Assembly: GCA_047633475.1 (NCBI GenBank) | Contig: JBLIEY010000001.1 | Span: 2,257 to 66,256, forward strand | DNA length: 64,000 bases | Source: Sulfurimonas sp. | GTDB taxonomy: Bacteria > Campylobacterota > Campylobacteria > Campylobacterales > Sulfurimonadaceae | Direction of reading: 5' to 3' | In this document: positions 38,245-49,592 of the stretch, piece by piece | Layout of the letters: each line of letters opens with the position of its first letter | How positions within the stretch are numbered: position 1 is the first letter of the stretch | Program-made: the position numbers and the translations under genes | Notes under the pieces: generated by a model | The model's input: the letters and a program-made list of their open reading frames with translations, nothing else | Databases searched by the model: none | What the model was told of the DNA's origin: nothing

Positions 38245-39951
38245 TTATGGTTTAACGTGTACTGGTTTACCATAAAACCTTACTGTAAGAGCTATAACAA
38301 GAAGAGAAAGAGGAAGAATTATATATATTGAGTATCCAAGAGCTGCTGGTATATAGCCAAATATAATAGCAACCGCAGCAACGAAAAGAGCATAAAAGAG
38401 TTGTGTTCTAACGTGGTCCATATGATCACAAGATGCACCCATTGAAGAGAGTATAGATGTATCTGATATAGGTGAACAATGGTCACCAAAAATAGCACCT
38501 GTTAAAACTGCACTAATATTTAGAACAATGTAGTTATGTAACTCAGCTCCCTCAAATCCTGTGTGAATTCCTACTGCATTTGCTATAGGAATAGCTAAAG
38601 GCATGAGTATTCCCATGGTTCCATAAGAGGTACCTGTTGAGAATGATATTATTGAACCAAATATAAAAATAATAGAAGGTAGTAATACTTGTGGAGTTGA
38701 ATCCGTTAATATAGATACAAGATAAGTAGAAGTTCCTAAATCTTTTATAACCGCACTGATTGACCATGCAAGTATAAGAATAACAGCGGTAATAACTAGA
38801 GCTTTAACTCCAAACACCCATATTTCTAGTGCTTCTGAGAGATTAAACATTTTTTGCTTCATTCCCATACCAATTGCTACAATTGAAGCAAATAAAGCAG
38901 CTTCAAATAGTACTATGGAAGCATCTGCAGCTCCAAAACAATCTCTAATTGAGGTAAATGAGTATGGACTGTCTTGAATAACTTTAAGTGCTTCACCTTC
39001 CATAGAATTTAAACCGCTAAAGTAAAATCCTACAAAAGCAACGATAATAAGAGTCAAGATAGGAATAATTGCATTCCATATAGAATGTTGTATTCCTTCT
39101 TTTGGCTCTAGTGTTGAAGTATCTTGAGAGACTAATGGCTTAGCATCTGGATGAGATACTTCCCCTGTTGTTATAGCTCTAGTTGCAGCTTTATGCATAG
39201 GACCAAATTCTCTTAAATAGTATGCAGTAAAAAATACAAATGCAAGCATTAAGATATTGTAAAAACGAAAAGGAATAGTTTCAACAAAGATTGCATAAGC
39301 ATTAATTTCAGTTTGACCTATCATTGAATAAGCATCTTTAATCAAAGAGATTTCATACCCAACCCATGTAGATATAAGAGCAATACCTGCTATTGGAGCA
39401 GCTGTAGAATCTATAATAAAAGCAAGTTTTTCTCTACTAACTTTTAGTTTATCTGTAACAGGTCTCATTATCGGACCGATTATTAGTGAGTTTGCATAAT
39501 CATCAAAGAAGATGAAAAACCCCATTACCCAAGTATATAATTGAGCTGAACGTCCTGTTTTTGCTTTTTTAGACAGTTTTTCGGCAATAGCTCTAGGTCC
39601 ACCCATTTTTGTGATAACAGCAATCATACCACCAATAGTTAATACTTGAAGTATGATTCCCGCGTTCCATGAATCAGCCATAGAGCCTACCATCTTCGTA
39701 ACCAAATCTATAAATGCATTATAAAAAGAACCAAATATATTTGATCCAGAAATATTTAGTAAAAATGTTCCACTAAAAATACCTATAAATAGTGAAAATA
39801 TTACATTTCTTGTGACAAAGGCTAAGATAATTGCAACAGCAGGTGGAATTAACGTCAAGATACCAAATGTTTCTGCATTTGTTTTTGCATCGGCAAAAAG
39901 TACCAATGGTAACAATAGCAATGCTATTATTAACTTAAATTTTTTATTCAA
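38245..39951 (-). CDS. Na+/H+ antiporter NhaC-family transporter (possibly amino-acid transporter)
   Basis: FFDDYAN, KLAFIIDSTAAP, SFSTGTSYGT and GDHCSPISDT motifs; many TM helices. Confidence 0.88.
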   Translation of the reverse strand: MNKKFKLIIALLLLPLVLFADAKTNAETFGILTLIPPAVAIILAFVTRNVIFSLFIGIFSGTFLLNISGSNIFGSFYNAFIDLVTKMVGSMADSWNAGIILQVLTIGGMIAVITKMGGPRAIAEKLSKKAKTGRSAQLYTWVMGFFIFFDDYANSLIIGPIMRPVTDKLKVSREKLAFIIDSTAAPIAGIALISTWVGYEISLIKDAYSMIGQTEINAYAIFVETIPFRFYNILMLAFVFFTAYYLREFGPMHKAATRAITTGEVSHPDAKPLVSQDTSTLEPKEGIQHSIWNAIIPILTLIIVAFVGFYFSGLNSMEGEALKVIQDSPYSFTSIRDCFGAADASIVLFEAALFASIVAIGMGMKQKMFNLSEALEIWVFGVKALVITAVILILAWSISAVIKDLGTSTYLVSILTDSTPQVLLPSIIFIFGSIISFSTGTSYGTMGILMPLAIPIANAVGIHTGFEGAELHNYIVLNISAVLTGAIFGDHCSPISDTSILSSMGASCDHMDHVRTQLFYALFVAAVAIIFGYIPAALGYSIYIILPLSLLVIALTVRFYGKPVHVKP

Positions 39952-40018
39952 TAAGTTCTCCTAAAATAAAACTAAATAATTGTACCTGAAAAAGGCTTTT
40001 TTTCTAAGTTTTTTGTTT

Positions 40019-40044
40019 AAAAAAACTGCCAGAATAATCTGGCA
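40019..40044 (-). terminator. Rho-independent terminator of the trpB-containing transcript
   Basis: Minus strand reads TGCCAGA-TTAT-TCTGGCA followed by GTTTTTTT, about 30 nt after the trpB stop. Confidence 0.8.
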
Positions 40045-40073
40045 ATATTTATGAAAGGGATGATGGAAAGTCT

Positions 40074-41273
40074 TTAGTCGAAGTGAAGTATCTCTTTAGC
40101 TTGAATCATATCTTTGTCTCCACGACCAGATAGGTTTACAATGATAAGTTTATCTTTTATATTTTTCATTTTTTTAAGATGTGCAACAGCGTGGGCACTC
40201 TCAAATGCAGGAATGATACCTTCTTTTTGTGACAACCATACAAATGCATCTATAGCTTCTTTGTCTGTTGCATTATCGTAAGTTACAGATTTATTGTCAC
40301 TATGAAAAGAATGTTCAGGTCCGATTCCAGGATAATCAAGTCCGGCTGAAATTGAGTGAGCTTCTTGTATCTGTCCATCTTCATCTTGAAGTGTATAGCT
40401 CATTTGACCATGTAAAACACCAGGACGACCTTTTTCTAAAGAGCAACCATGTTTATTTGTCTCAACGCCTAATCCACCTGCTTCAATTCCAATGCATTCA
40501 ACCTCCGCGTCTTCTAAAAAATGCTGAAAAGTTCCAATAGCATTTGAACCACCACCAATACATGCAATTACGTGATCAGGAAGTCTTCCTTCTTTTTCTA
40601 AGATTTGCGCTCTAGCTTCGTATCCAATTATGGCTTGAAAGTCTCTGACCATCATAGGATATGGGTGAGGACCAGCAACTGTACCAATAATATAAAAAGT
40701 ATCTCTTGTGTTTGTTACCCAGTGACGGATAGCTTCATTCATAGCATCTTTAAGCGTTTGTGAACCACTTTGAACAGCATTTACTTTTGCACCAAGTAGT
40801 TTCATACGAAATACATTTAATTCTTGACGCTCAGCATCTTTAGCACCCATGAAAACTTCACATTCTAGACCTAAAAGTGCACAAATAGTTGCAGTAGCAA
40901 CACCATGTTGTCCAGCTCCAGTTTCAGCGATTATTTTTTTATAACCAAGTCTTTTAGCCATTAAACCTTGTGCAATAACATTGTTTACTTTGTGAGCTCC
41001 TGTATGGTTAAGGTCTTCACGTTTTAAGTAAATTTTAGCACCTAATTCTTTAGAAATATTCTCAGCATAGTAAAGAGGAGAAGGGCGACCAACATAATCA
41101 GTAAGATAGTAGTGAACTTCTGCCCAAAACTCCTTGTCAAAACGAATAGCCTCGTATTCTTTTTTTAGTTCTAACAGAGCTGGCATAAGTGTTTCTGGAA
41201 CATAACGACCGCCAAATATACCAAAATGACCATTTTCATCTGGGTCAAATTTTGAAGCTGATGGAATATACAT
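40074..41273 (-). CDS. trpB: Tryptophan synthase beta chain
   Basis: [26 protein letters not shown] and [11 protein letters not shown] motifs. Confidence 0.97.
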   Translation of the reverse strand: MYIPSASKFDPDENGHFGIFGGRYVPETLMPALLELKKEYEAIRFDKEFWAEVHYYLTDYVGRPSPLYYAENISKELGAKIYLKREDLNHTGAHKVNNVIAQGLMAKRLGYKKIIAETGAGQHGVATATICALLGLECEVFMGAKDAERQELNVFRMKLLGAKVNAVQSGSQTLKDAMNEAIRHWVTNTRDTFYIIGTVAGPHPYPMMVRDFQAIIGYEARAQILEKEGRLPDHVIACIGGGSNAIGTFQHFLEDAEVECIGIEAGGLGVETNKHGCSLEKGRPGVLHGQMSYTLQDEDGQIQEAHSISAGLDYPGIGPEHSFHSDNKSVTYDNATDKEAIDAFVWLSQKEGIIPAFESAHAVAHLKKMKNIKDKLIIVNLSGRGDKDMIQAKEILHFD

Positions 41274-41821
41274 TAATCTACCTCGATAAGAGAATAAACT
41301 TTACTTTTCTCTTCTAATTTTTTGATTCCGTCTAAAAAACTAAGACCTATAATAAAACAAGCTTCAACACAGTCCGCACCAGCTTGTTCTATAAGTGTAA
41401 CAGCTGCATTTGCAGTCCCGCCTGTAGCTATAAGATCATCAATCAAAAGAACTTTAGCATTAGGAGTTCCCCTAAATGCATCAATATGAACCTCTACTTC
41501 ATCAACACCATATTCTAAAGAAAATTTTTGACTTATAGTAGTGTAAGGAAGTTTTCCTTTTTTTCTAATTGGAACAAAACCAAGACCTAACATCTGAGCA
41601 AGTGCTGCACCAAATATGAAACCTCTAGCATCTATACCTGCGATATAGTCTAAGTTATATTCTTTATATCTTTGGTATAGGTGATTCATCAGGACTCCAT
41701 AAGCTTCTTTATTATTTAAAAGAGTGGTGATGTCTTTAAAAACTATTCCTGGTTGAGGAAAGTCTTTTATATCCCTAATTGAATCTTCGATTATTTTTCT
41801 TTCTGTATCACTTAGCGTCAT
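41273..41821 (-). CDS. apt: Adenine phosphoribosyltransferase
   Basis: [24 protein letters not shown] and [11 protein letters not shown] motifs. Confidence 0.96.
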   Translation of the reverse strand: MTLSDTERKIIEDSIRDIKDFPQPGIVFKDITTLLNNKEAYGVLMNHLYQRYKEYNLDYIAGIDARGFIFGAALAQMLGLGFVPIRKKGKLPYTTISQKFSLEYGVDEVEVHIDAFRGTPNAKVLLIDDLIATGGTANAAVTLIEQAGADCVEACFIIGLSFLDGIKKLEEKSKVYSLIEVD

Positions 41822-41837
41822 TATTCTATATTTCCTT

Positions 41838-42170
41838 TTATAGTAAAGCGTCTATACGACTCTCTAATGCTTTAATCTTACCAGTTAAACGATCAGTTTC
41901 TTGTCTATGTTTGGTATTTCTTTGTTTTAAAACTTTTAGTTCATTCCTTAGTTTGGTTAGTTCCTCACTTAAGATGTCAACATTTCCTAAAGCACGTTGT
42001 AGTTGTATTTGATATTTTCTTATGAGTATTTCGGCTTCTTTAAGCGTTAACTTCATTAAGTCATTACCTCTTTGTTCTTTGTTTGTAATACTTTTAAAGT
42101 AATACATTTTTACAAAAAGGTATATACACACAATGGATAATATTGTTAAAAGTGACCATTCCCAAAACAT
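41838..42170 (-). CDS. Conserved membrane-anchored coiled-coil hypothetical protein
   Basis: N-terminal TM plus coiled coil; lies between rpiB and apt as in other Campylobacterota. Confidence 0.75.
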   Translation of the reverse strand: MFWEWSLLTILSIVCIYLFVKMYYFKSITNKEQRGNDLMKLTLKEAEILIRKYQIQLQRALGNVDILSEELTKLRNELKVLKQRNTKHRQETDRLTGKIKALESRIDALL

Positions 42171-42201
42171 AAGCTCTTTCCTTTAATTTATAAATAAATT
42201 T

Positions 42202-42299
42202 AAGGGATAATTCCCTTTTGTCACGCCAAAGGGAGTAATCCCTCTGGCTACGCTAACGCTTAGTTTTGCTCAGCGCAAGGCTCAAAGCACTAGTGCTTT
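42202..42299. repeat. GC-rich multi-palindrome intergenic element (REP/MITE-like)
   Basis: AAGGGA-TAAT-TCCCTT (42202-17), GCCA-A-AGGGA-GTAA-TCCCT-C-TGGC (42225-48) and the perfect 16-bp palindrome AAAGCACTAGTGCTTT (42284-99). Confidence 0.6.
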
Positions 42300-42313
42300 T
42301 TAAGCAGTTCATA

Positions 42314-42751
42314 TTATTCGTTTATTGCTTCGATTTTTTCAACACGACCTGCGTGTCTTCCACCATCAAATCCAGATGCAATCCAAGAGTCTAGTATTGA
42401 CTCAGCTACACCTTTTCCTACTATTCTCTCACCAAAACAAAGTACATTAGCATCGTTGTGTCCACGAGCTACCATTGCAGTGTACGCATCATGACAAAGT
42501 GCTGCTCTGATTCCAGTATAACGATTTGCTGCCATACTCATGCCTATTCCTGAACCGCAAATAAGTATTCCTTGCGCAGATGCATCTCCAAGCACAGATT
42601 TACAAACTTTAACTGCATAGTCTGGATAGTCAACTCTGTCTTTTGAGAAGGGGCCTAAGTCAATAACCTCGTGACCTTTTTCTTTTAATAACTCAACTGT
42701 ATAATCTTTTAAGTCTATTCCCGCATGGTCTGTAGCAATATAAAACTTCAT
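42314..42751 (-). CDS. rpiB: Ribose 5-phosphate isomerase B
   Basis: TDHAG, DYPDY, CGSGIGMS, HNDANVL and GGRH motifs. Confidence 0.96.
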   Translation of the reverse strand: MKFYIATDHAGIDLKDYTVELLKEKGHEVIDLGPFSKDRVDYPDYAVKVCKSVLGDASAQGILICGSGIGMSMAANRYTGIRAALCHDAYTAMVARGHNDANVLCFGERIVGKGVAESILDSWIASGFDGGRHAGRVEKIEAINE

Positions 42752-42760
42752 TTATTTCCC

Positions 42761-43435
42761 TTATATTAATAGTTGTAAAATAGTTTGTACTGGCATTAAT
42801 AGCAAGTAGTCTTTTAATGGTGTCATTAAAATAATTAAAACTATAATTATCCCATATCTCTCATTTTTGTAAAAGAACTCTGCAACTGAATTTACTTTAA
42901 ACTTCAGTGCTAGATGCATGACAAAGTGTGCTCCATCAAACTGAGGGATTGGAAGTAAATTGAAAACTCCTAAAACAACGTTTATGACTAAAAGTTGAAA
43001 TACAAAAAGATAAGCAAAAAGATAAATTAAACTATCTACTGTTGTTGGTTGGTGCATAGCAACAAGAATTATAGATGCTAAAGTAGCCATAGTGAAGTTG
43101 TAAACTATTCCTGCAAGGTCAACTTGCATAGCCGCGTTATATCCACCATTTCTAATAACTGTAGCTGTATTTATAGGTACAGGTTTTGCCCAACCAAATA
43201 AAAATCCGCTATCTCCACCAAGAAGCATCGGTAAAAAGTACATAGTCGCAGGAACTATGATTGTACCCACTAAATCAATATGAGTTAGTGGATTAACAGA
43301 TAGTCTTCCTGCATTTTTTGCAGTTGTATCTCCATACATATAAGCAATCCATCCGTGCATAATTTCATGCCCAATTATTGCTATTGCAAGAGCAAGTACT
43401 GCTGCTAATATTTTTAGTAAATCAATAGATTCCAT
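42761..43435 (-). CDS. Site-2 protease (M50) family membrane metalloprotease
   Basis: HEIMH zinc motif, GRLSVNP, FGWAKPVP and NLLPIPQFDG. Confidence 0.9.
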   Translation of the reverse strand: MESIDLLKILAAVLALAIAIIGHEIMHGWIAYMYGDTTAKNAGRLSVNPLTHIDLVGTIIVPATMYFLPMLLGGDSGFLFGWAKPVPINTATVIRNGGYNAAMQVDLAGIVYNFTMATLASIILVAMHQPTTVDSLIYLFAYLFVFQLLVINVVLGVFNLLPIPQFDGAHFVMHLALKFKVNSVAEFFYKNERYGIIIVLIILMTPLKDYLLLMPVQTILQLLI

Positions 43436-44231
43436 GATCGTCTTTATCTTTTTTAATTCTTTCAGCTCTTGCTAAGTCAAGATGATAATCTGATTCTAAA
43501 TCTGTTGGAGTTTTTCCAATTCTATCCCATCTAATTTCCCAATCTTCACTAATAGAGAAATAAATAAACCAAGGTGTTCCTTCTACATTCTCGTAAGGAA
43601 CTGCACCCCAAAAACGACTGTCATTGGAGTGATCTCTGTTATCTCCCATCATGAAGTAGTTGTCTTTGTCAATTTTTATAGGAGAAAAGTTGAAAAGTGG
43701 TAGTGGATATCTTCCATTATTAACTATTTTATCATCGTGGTGAATACCTGGATGCTCTTTTGTATAAGGATTTTTAACCCAAAGTTTTCCTGCAAAAGTT
43801 GCAATCTCGTAACCTTCAAAGTTTTTCTTAATATATTCGTCACCTTCACTATGGTGAAGATATAAATTTTTATCAGCAACAAAAAGTTCATCTCCAGGAA
43901 GTCCTACGCATCTTTTAACAAAGTGTTGCTTGACATTTCCTGGATATCTGAAAATAACTATATCACCACGCTTAGGAGTATCTCCATCTACTAAACGAAG
44001 TCTATCACTCCATGGCATTATTGACATCTCAAAAAAAGGAATGTGAGGCATTGATATTCCATAAGCAAACTTTTTAGCAAATAAATGGTCCCCTATAAGA
44101 AGTGAGTCTTTCATAGATCCAGAGGGGATTCTAAATGCTTGTGCAATAAAAAATATGATAAAAAGAACAATGATTATTGTCCCAGTCCAAGAATTTGAAA
44201 ATTTATAAGCTTTTTTGATTACTTCTTTCAT
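43422..44231 (-). CDS. lepB: Signal peptidase I
   Basis: IPSGSM (Ser), FVKRCVG (Lys) and GDNRDHSNDSRFWG. Confidence 0.95.
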   Translation of the reverse strand: MKEVIKKAYKFSNSWTGTIIIVLFIIFFIAQAFRIPSGSMKDSLLIGDHLFAKKFAYGISMPHIPFFEMSIMPWSDRLRLVDGDTPKRGDIVIFRYPGNVKQHFVKRCVGLPGDELFVADKNLYLHHSEGDEYIKKNFEGYEIATFAGKLWVKNPYTKEHPGIHHDDKIVNNGRYPLPLFNFSPIKIDKDNYFMMGDNRDHSNDSRFWGAVPYENVEGTPWFIYFSISEDWEIRWDRIGKTPTDLESDYHLDLARAERIKKDKDDHGIY

Positions 44232-45103
44232 TAAGACTCACTTTTTTGTGAAAGTTTTTTTGCGTTGATTTTTGCAGCTTTAAGCGTATTGCTTAGAAGC
44301 ATTGCAATTGTCATTGGACCAACGCCTCCTGGACTTGGAGTAATATATGAACATTTTTTACTTACATTTTCAAAATCAACATCACCAACAAGTTTACCCT
44401 CTTTAGTTCTGCTTACACCAATGTCAATAATAACAACACCATCTTTTACCATATCTTCTGTTATAAGGTTAATAACACCAACACCAACTAAAACAACATC
44501 AGCATCTAGAGTATGTTTTTTTAAGTCATCTGTAAAAACATGACAAATTTCAACTGTAGCATCTGCATTTAAAAGTAAGGAAGCCATGGGTTTTCCTACT
44601 ATATTTGATGCTCCAACTACTACACAATTTTTACCTTTTAAATCTATGTCATACTCACGTAATAGTTCCATAACTCCAAGTGGAGTACAAGGAGCAAAAC
44701 CATCAAGCCCAGTAGTAAGACGACCAACATTATATGGATGAAAACCATCTACATCTTTTTCTGGTGCTACAAGTTCTAAAAGTTTTGTAGTATCAATATG
44801 TTTAGGAAGAGGAAGTTGAATTAATATACCATCAATATTTGAGTCATTGTTCATCATAACTATTGTTTTTTCAATAGCTTCTTGAGAGATTGATTCTGGC
44901 ATATCATGAGTAATTGAATAAAAACCAGCTCTATCACAGGCTTTTTTCTTCATATTTACATATGCAGCACTTGCTGGGTCTTGACCAACTAAAACAACAG
45001 CTAATCCAGGGGTGCATCCACATGTTGATTTTAAATTTTTAACTTCTTGGGTGACTTTTTCTTCTATCTTCTTTGAGAGCGCTCTACCGTCTAGTAATTG
45101 CAT
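44231..45103 (-). CDS. folD: Bifunctional methylene-THF dehydrogenase/cyclohydrolase
   Basis: QLPLP, KDVDGFHP, PCTPLG, GASNIVGKP and PGGVGPMT. The start is reassigned to ATG 45103 (MQLLDG) behind a GAGG RBS. Confidence 0.96.
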   Translation of the reverse strand: MQLLDGRALSKKIEEKVTQEVKNLKSTCGCTPGLAVVLVGQDPASAAYVNMKKKACDRAGFYSITHDMPESISQEAIEKTIVMMNNDSNIDGILIQLPLPKHIDTTKLLELVAPEKDVDGFHPYNVGRLTTGLDGFAPCTPLGVMELLREYDIDLKGKNCVVVGASNIVGKPMASLLLNADATVEICHVFTDDLKKHTLDADVVLVGVGVINLITEDMVKDGVVIIDIGVSRTKEGKLVGDVDFENVSKKCSYITPSPGGVGPMTIAMLLSNTLKAAKINAKKLSQKSES

Positions 45104-45245
45104 TAAAACCTCACGAATAATTTTTCTATTATTATACCCATCAAATAATAACACGATGCTTTAGAATAGGCTAAGATATTTCCATTTAAAGCTCATAAAT
45201 TATTTTTTTGATATTATACTGTTATATATTTAGAGGGTAGTTTTT

Positions 45246-45590
45246 ATGAAATATTTGCTGTTATTTGCTTTTCCTGTTTTCTTATTTGGAGCTACTTCCT
45301 TTATTACTCCTCTTGAATATGCTTCACAGTTGTATAAAAATCCAAGAGGAATCGGATGTAATCATTGCCATGGGGGAAAAGGTGAGGGTAAATTAATAGC
45401 TACTTATATAGATAAAAAAAAGAAAAAAAGCTTTAATGGTCCAGCTATTAATAGCCTGGATTTTAATACTTTTTACAAAGTGTTAAATAAAAGAAGAGAC
45501 GGGATGCCACGTTATTTCTTAACAAAAAAAGAGATTCAAGCTCTTTACTTTTATCTTCAACAAAATAAAAGTAAAGTAAATAAAAAGTAG
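45246..45590 (+). CDS. Monoheme c-type cytochrome
   Basis: Signal peptide, CNHCH heme motif and a downstream MP axial Met. Confidence 0.85.
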   Translation: MKYLLLFAFPVFLFGATSFITPLEYASQLYKNPRGIGCNHCHGGKGEGKLIATYIDKKKKKSFNGPAINSLDFNTFYKVLNKRRDGMPRYFLTKKEIQALYFYLQQNKSKVNKK

Positions 45591-45604
45591 AATGTGTTTG
45601 CTCG

Positions 45605-46828
45605 CTAGAACTTATAAGTCAATATAGTTCTAAAGTAATCAGCTTCAGCACCAGTTTCATACTGAAGATTCTCATATCTCATATAGAGTGTAGTGTCTTT
45701 GTTAAAGTAATGTTTAAAATGAAGATAATAAGCATCAAATCCAGTAGTTGCATTAGCAACATGGACTTGTGAGTTTGTATATGTAGCTGCTATAGTATCT
45801 TTGTACCCACCCAGTGGTAAATTGTAAGCAGTTCTTATCATCCAAGTTTCAGGTTTATTATTTCCACGACCATTTGCAATCATAGAAGTTGTATAAGCTT
45901 TTGCTAAACCACCATAACCTTTAACTAGACCACTAAACCCAAAGTTTTGTGAGTAGTTGATAATAATAAACCCGTCTTTAGACTCTAAACCACTTCTTAG
46001 TGAAAGAAAGTTTATATCATCACCACCATTTTTGCTTGTTGTATCTGCATACTTTCCTCCATTTCCACTATTGTAGTATTGAAGACCAGCAATAAATGAA
46101 GCATAGTCATTTATAGAAGTTTTGTAGTCTGTTTGAGTCATAAATGTAGAGTACAGTTCAGGAGCATAATAGTAATATGCATTAATTTTAAGCCCTTCTA
46201 TACCAGAATATTTAAGAGATGCCATTGAAATACCACTATCACCAAATTTGCCACTACCACTAGTTTGATCGTAGTCTTCAGAAGTATTTGAACGGATTGC
46301 TTTAATGTAATACAGCTCAATTTTTGTATCTTTTATGGAATTTTCTTCATATGTAAGACCTTGAAAACTCCATGGAACAAATCTAGTAGTATCATCATTC
46401 ATCATTGGAGATTTTAGCCTCAAATCACCAATTTTAGCAGATCTATTTTTTGTCTTATATCCTAAAAATGCTTCACTAATAACAGTTAATACATCACCAT
46501 CTTTGTCATTGTTAAACATAGATGTTTTTGTTCTATTTAAATACTCACCAATTGAATTTGAAGTATGAAAACCTGCAGAAGCGTATAGAGCATTTTTAGT
46601 ATCTGTCGTATATTTTAAGTGACCGCCAATTGCAGTGGCATAAGCATCTCCTGAATTAACAGACTTGTCTATATCATAGTAAAAAAGTTGCAATTGTCCT
46701 TCAACCTTACCATTAGTAAAAGCATTTTCTAGTGTAGAGCTTGCAGAGTCACTATTTAAAGCTGGGGCATCTGTAGCAAATGCATTAGCTGACAACAAGC
46801 ATGAGAGTAGTATTGTTTTTTTTATCAT
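45605..46828 (-). CDS. Outer-membrane porin (OprD-like)
   Basis: Signal peptide (ANAFA), alternating beta-strand pattern, aromatic girdle, C-terminal Phe (LTYKF). The start is reassigned to ATG 46828. Confidence 0.78.
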   Translation of the reverse strand: MIKKTILLSCLLSANAFATDAPALNSDSASSTLENAFTNGKVEGQLQLFYYDIDKSVNSGDAYATAIGGHLKYTTDTKNALYASAGFHTSNSIGEYLNRTKTSMFNNDKDGDVLTVISEAFLGYKTKNRSAKIGDLRLKSPMMNDDTTRFVPWSFQGLTYEENSIKDTKIELYYIKAIRSNTSEDYDQTSGSGKFGDSGISMASLKYSGIEGLKINAYYYYAPELYSTFMTQTDYKTSINDYASFIAGLQYYNSGNGGKYADTTSKNGGDDINFLSLRSGLESKDGFIIINYSQNFGFSGLVKGYGGLAKAYTTSMIANGRGNNKPETWMIRTAYNLPLGGYKDTIAATYTNSQVHVANATTGFDAYYLHFKHYFNKDTTLYMRYENLQYETGAEADYFRTILTYKF

Positions 46829-46926
46829 TATACTTTCCTTTTCTCTTAAAACAAATGTTATGAATTCTAACTGCATTAAACTTGGGTTGTCCTTAAGTTA
46901 TCATGTACACATTATCGTTATTTTTG

Positions 46927-47820
46927 CTACCTTCTTGCTAAATTATAGTAAACATTATATCTAACTAGAGTTTTTTCAGTTGGTCTTGGATATCTACTAT
47001 ATGCATATCCTATGGTCTCTTTAGTCGTGTCATCAAGGACGTAATAACCACTTTTCTTTAAAAATTTGAAGTCTGTCATATCACCATTTGGATGTAAATA
47101 AAATTCTATAATATTAGTTTTGTTCACGTTTAAGTCATTTGGTAGATTTACTCTTGCTACACGAGTAAGTACTTGTTGAGTAATTCTTCTCATGATTTCT
47201 TGATTGTCAATTATATATTTTTGCTGCCCAGCAGAAAGCTTTCCAAAATCTTCTCCATAAAGTTCTTTAATATTATTATTTATGTTACTTTCGGAATATG
47301 TTTTAGTTTTTTCTTCTGTTTCTTCCTCACTTGATTTATCTTGAGAGAGAATAGCATATAAAGGGTCTACAGGTTCCTTGATTTCTTTTTCCGGTTCTTT
47401 TTTTACTGTTGTATTAATATCTTTATTTGAAGATAATTCAATGAAAGGTTTTTGTGCAAGTGGTCTTACTTTTGGTTTTGGCTTAGTTACCGGCTTGGGC
47501 TTAGTTGGTTTAGGCTTATTTAATGTTGTTTTTTTTACTGGTTTATTTGGTTCATATTTTATAGGTGTTTTTGTTATTTTCTTTAGTTGAGAACCTTTTG
47601 GCATCGGAGGAGCAATTGGAGATGGTTTTACTTTCTTTTTTATGTCACCAGATTTTTTATGTTTTTTTGGCATCTCTTTTAGTGATACCTTCATTTTTTG
47701 TTCTTCTTGAATTTTTGGTTTTTGAATCTCAGGCATTACAGTTCCCAATAACCAAAAAATCAAAACTAAGGTAAGGTGGATAAGTAGTGCTACGAATAAA
47801 GAAAAAGAAGATCTGTTCAA
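46927..47820 (-). CDS. TonB-like energy transducer
   Basis: N-terminal TM with His (ALLIHL), Pro/Lys-rich linker (KPKP repeats), C-terminal TonB-like domain (SGYYVLD...YPRP). Confidence 0.75.
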   Translation of the reverse strand: MNRSSFSLFVALLIHLTLVLIFWLLGTVMPEIQKPKIQEEQKMKVSLKEMPKKHKKSGDIKKKVKPSPIAPPMPKGSQLKKITKTPIKYEPNKPVKKTTLNKPKPTKPKPVTKPKPKVRPLAQKPFIELSSNKDINTTVKKEPEKEIKEPVDPLYAILSQDKSSEEETEEKTKTYSESNINNNIKELYGEDFGKLSAGQQKYIIDNQEIMRRITQQVLTRVARVNLPNDLNVNKTNIIEFYLHPNGDMTDFKFLKKSGYYVLDDTTKETIGYAYSRYPRPTEKTLVRYNVYYNLARR

Positions 47821-47920
47821 ATTGTTCCATTTATTTTTAATTTTAAATAACTTCGGTGATTATAACTAATATAAATTAATGCAAGTTAGCTATAATAATA
47901 AAAAATATTAAGGTTACTAA

Positions 47921-49213
47921 ATGAGTACAGAAACATCGTTAAAAGCATTTGAACAAGCACAAAGCTTAATTCCAGGTGGAGTTAATTCTCCAGTAAGAGC
48001 ATTTTCAAGCGTTGGAGGGACACCACTTTTTATTAGTGAGGGTAATGGTGCTTATTTAACTGATGTAGATGGAAACAAATATGTTGATTTTGTGCAAAGT
48101 TGGGGACCACTAATATTTGGTCATAGAGATGAGAGTATAGAAAAAGCTGTAATAGAAGCTGTTAAACATGGACTTAGTTTTGGTGCGCCAACACAAGCTG
48201 AAACAGATTTGGCTGGGCTTGTTGTATCTATGTTTGATTCTATTGATAAGATTCGATTTGTAAGTAGTGGTACTGAGGCTGTTATGAGTGCTATACGACT
48301 TGCGCGTGGTTTTACAGGCCGTGATGATATTGTAAAGTTTACTGGTTGTTATCATGGTCATAGTGACTGTCTTTTAGTTGAAGCAGGAAGTGGTGCAGTG
48401 ACTTTTGGAAATCCAAGTTCACCTGGTGTCCCAGCAGATTTTACTAAACATACTTTACTAGCTACTTATAATGATATTGAGAGTGTAAAAAAATGTTTTG
48501 CTAATTCTAAAGATATAGCTTGTGTCATTATTGAACCAATCGCTGGAAATATGGGTCTAGTTCCCGCAGATAAAGAGTTTTTGGCACAGCTTAGAAAGCT
48601 TTGTGATGAAAATGGTACTCTACTAATTTTTGATGAAGTTATGAGTGGTTTTAGAGCATCTATAAATGGGGCTGAATCTATTACTGGAACTACTCCTGAT
48701 ATTTTAACTCTTGGCAAGGTGATCGGTGGTGGTATGCCAGTTGGTGCTTTTGGTGCAAGAGCTGAAATTATGGCAAAATTATCTCCTGAGGGCCCAGTGT
48801 ATCAGGCTGGCACACTAAGTGGAAATCCTGTTGCAATGGCGGCTGGACTTGCGGCACTTACTAAACTAAAAGAAAATGCACAAGTTATGAATACTTTAAA
48901 TGCTCGTGCTTCTAGACTCGTAGAAGGGATGAAAGAAGCTGCATCTGAGGCTGGAATAACTATGCAGGTTGATACAAGAGGAAGTATGTTCGGTTTTTTC
49001 TTTAACGAAAAGCCTGTAAAAAACTTTGCAGATGCTTGTAACACAGACGCTGAAATTTTTGCCAAGTTTCACTCTGGCATGCTAAAAGAAGGATTTTATT
49101 TTGCATGTTCTCTTTATGAAACAGGATTTATCTCAACTGTTACAACTGATGAGATTATAGAAAATACAATCAAAGCCAGTGCAAAAGTATTTAAGGCCAT
49201 TAAAAATGGCTAA
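47921..49213 (+). CDS. hemL: Glutamate-1-semialdehyde 2,1-aminomutase
   Basis: [34 protein letters not shown] and GTLSGNP motifs. Confidence 0.97.
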   Translation: MSTETSLKAFEQAQSLIPGGVNSPVRAFSSVGGTPLFISEGNGAYLTDVDGNKYVDFVQSWGPLIFGHRDESIEKAVIEAVKHGLSFGAPTQAETDLAGLVVSMFDSIDKIRFVSSGTEAVMSAIRLARGFTGRDDIVKFTGCYHGHSDCLLVEAGSGAVTFGNPSSPGVPADFTKHTLLATYNDIESVKKCFANSKDIACVIIEPIAGNMGLVPADKEFLAQLRKLCDENGTLLIFDEVMSGFRASINGAESITGTTPDILTLGKVIGGGMPVGAFGARAEIMAKLSPEGPVYQAGTLSGNPVAMAAGLAALTKLKENAQVMNTLNARASRLVEGMKEAASEAGITMQVDTRGSMFGFFFNEKPVKNFADACNTDAEIFAKFHSGMLKEGFYFACSLYETGFISTVTTDEIIENTIKASAKVFKAIKNG

Positions 49214-49592
49214 AGAGACAAATGAAGAAGTTAAAGATGATTCTCTTGAAAAAATCAAGAATAGAATAGATGCAAACGAGAATCAAACCCCTAGAATAAA
49301 ACCAATTATAGAAGCGGCAGATAGTCTTTCTCTAGGGATATCAATGGTTGTTGCTGTTCTTATGGGAGTAGGTCTTGGTTATCTACTTCGTAATTTGACT
49401 GGGATAAGTTGGTTGTTTTGGATTGGTGTTGCTATAGGTATTGCAGGAGCAATCCTTAATGTATACAAAGCATATTCAAAACAATACAAAGTTTTTGAAG
49501 AATTGGCTAAGCAACCAAGATATGCTATTAAAAAGAAATTGGACGAAAATTCTTATGACGACGATGAGGATTACGGTGAAAAAAACTATTAA
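49206..49592 (+). CDS. AtpZ/AtpI-family small membrane protein
   Basis: [19 protein letters not shown] two-TM pattern. The start is reassigned to ATG 49206, overlapping the hemL end. Confidence 0.75.
   Translation: MAKETNEEVKDDSLEKIKNRIDANENQTPRIKPIIEAADSLSLGISMVVAVLMGVGLGYLLRNLTGISWLFWIGVAIGIAGAILNVYKAYSKQYKVFEELAKQPRYAIKKKLDENSYDDDEDYGEKNY

Noticed and set aside
47340-47720. Repetitive KPKP/KPTKP coding stretch
   Set aside because: This is the ordinary Pro/Lys-rich periplasmic linker of TonB-like proteins.
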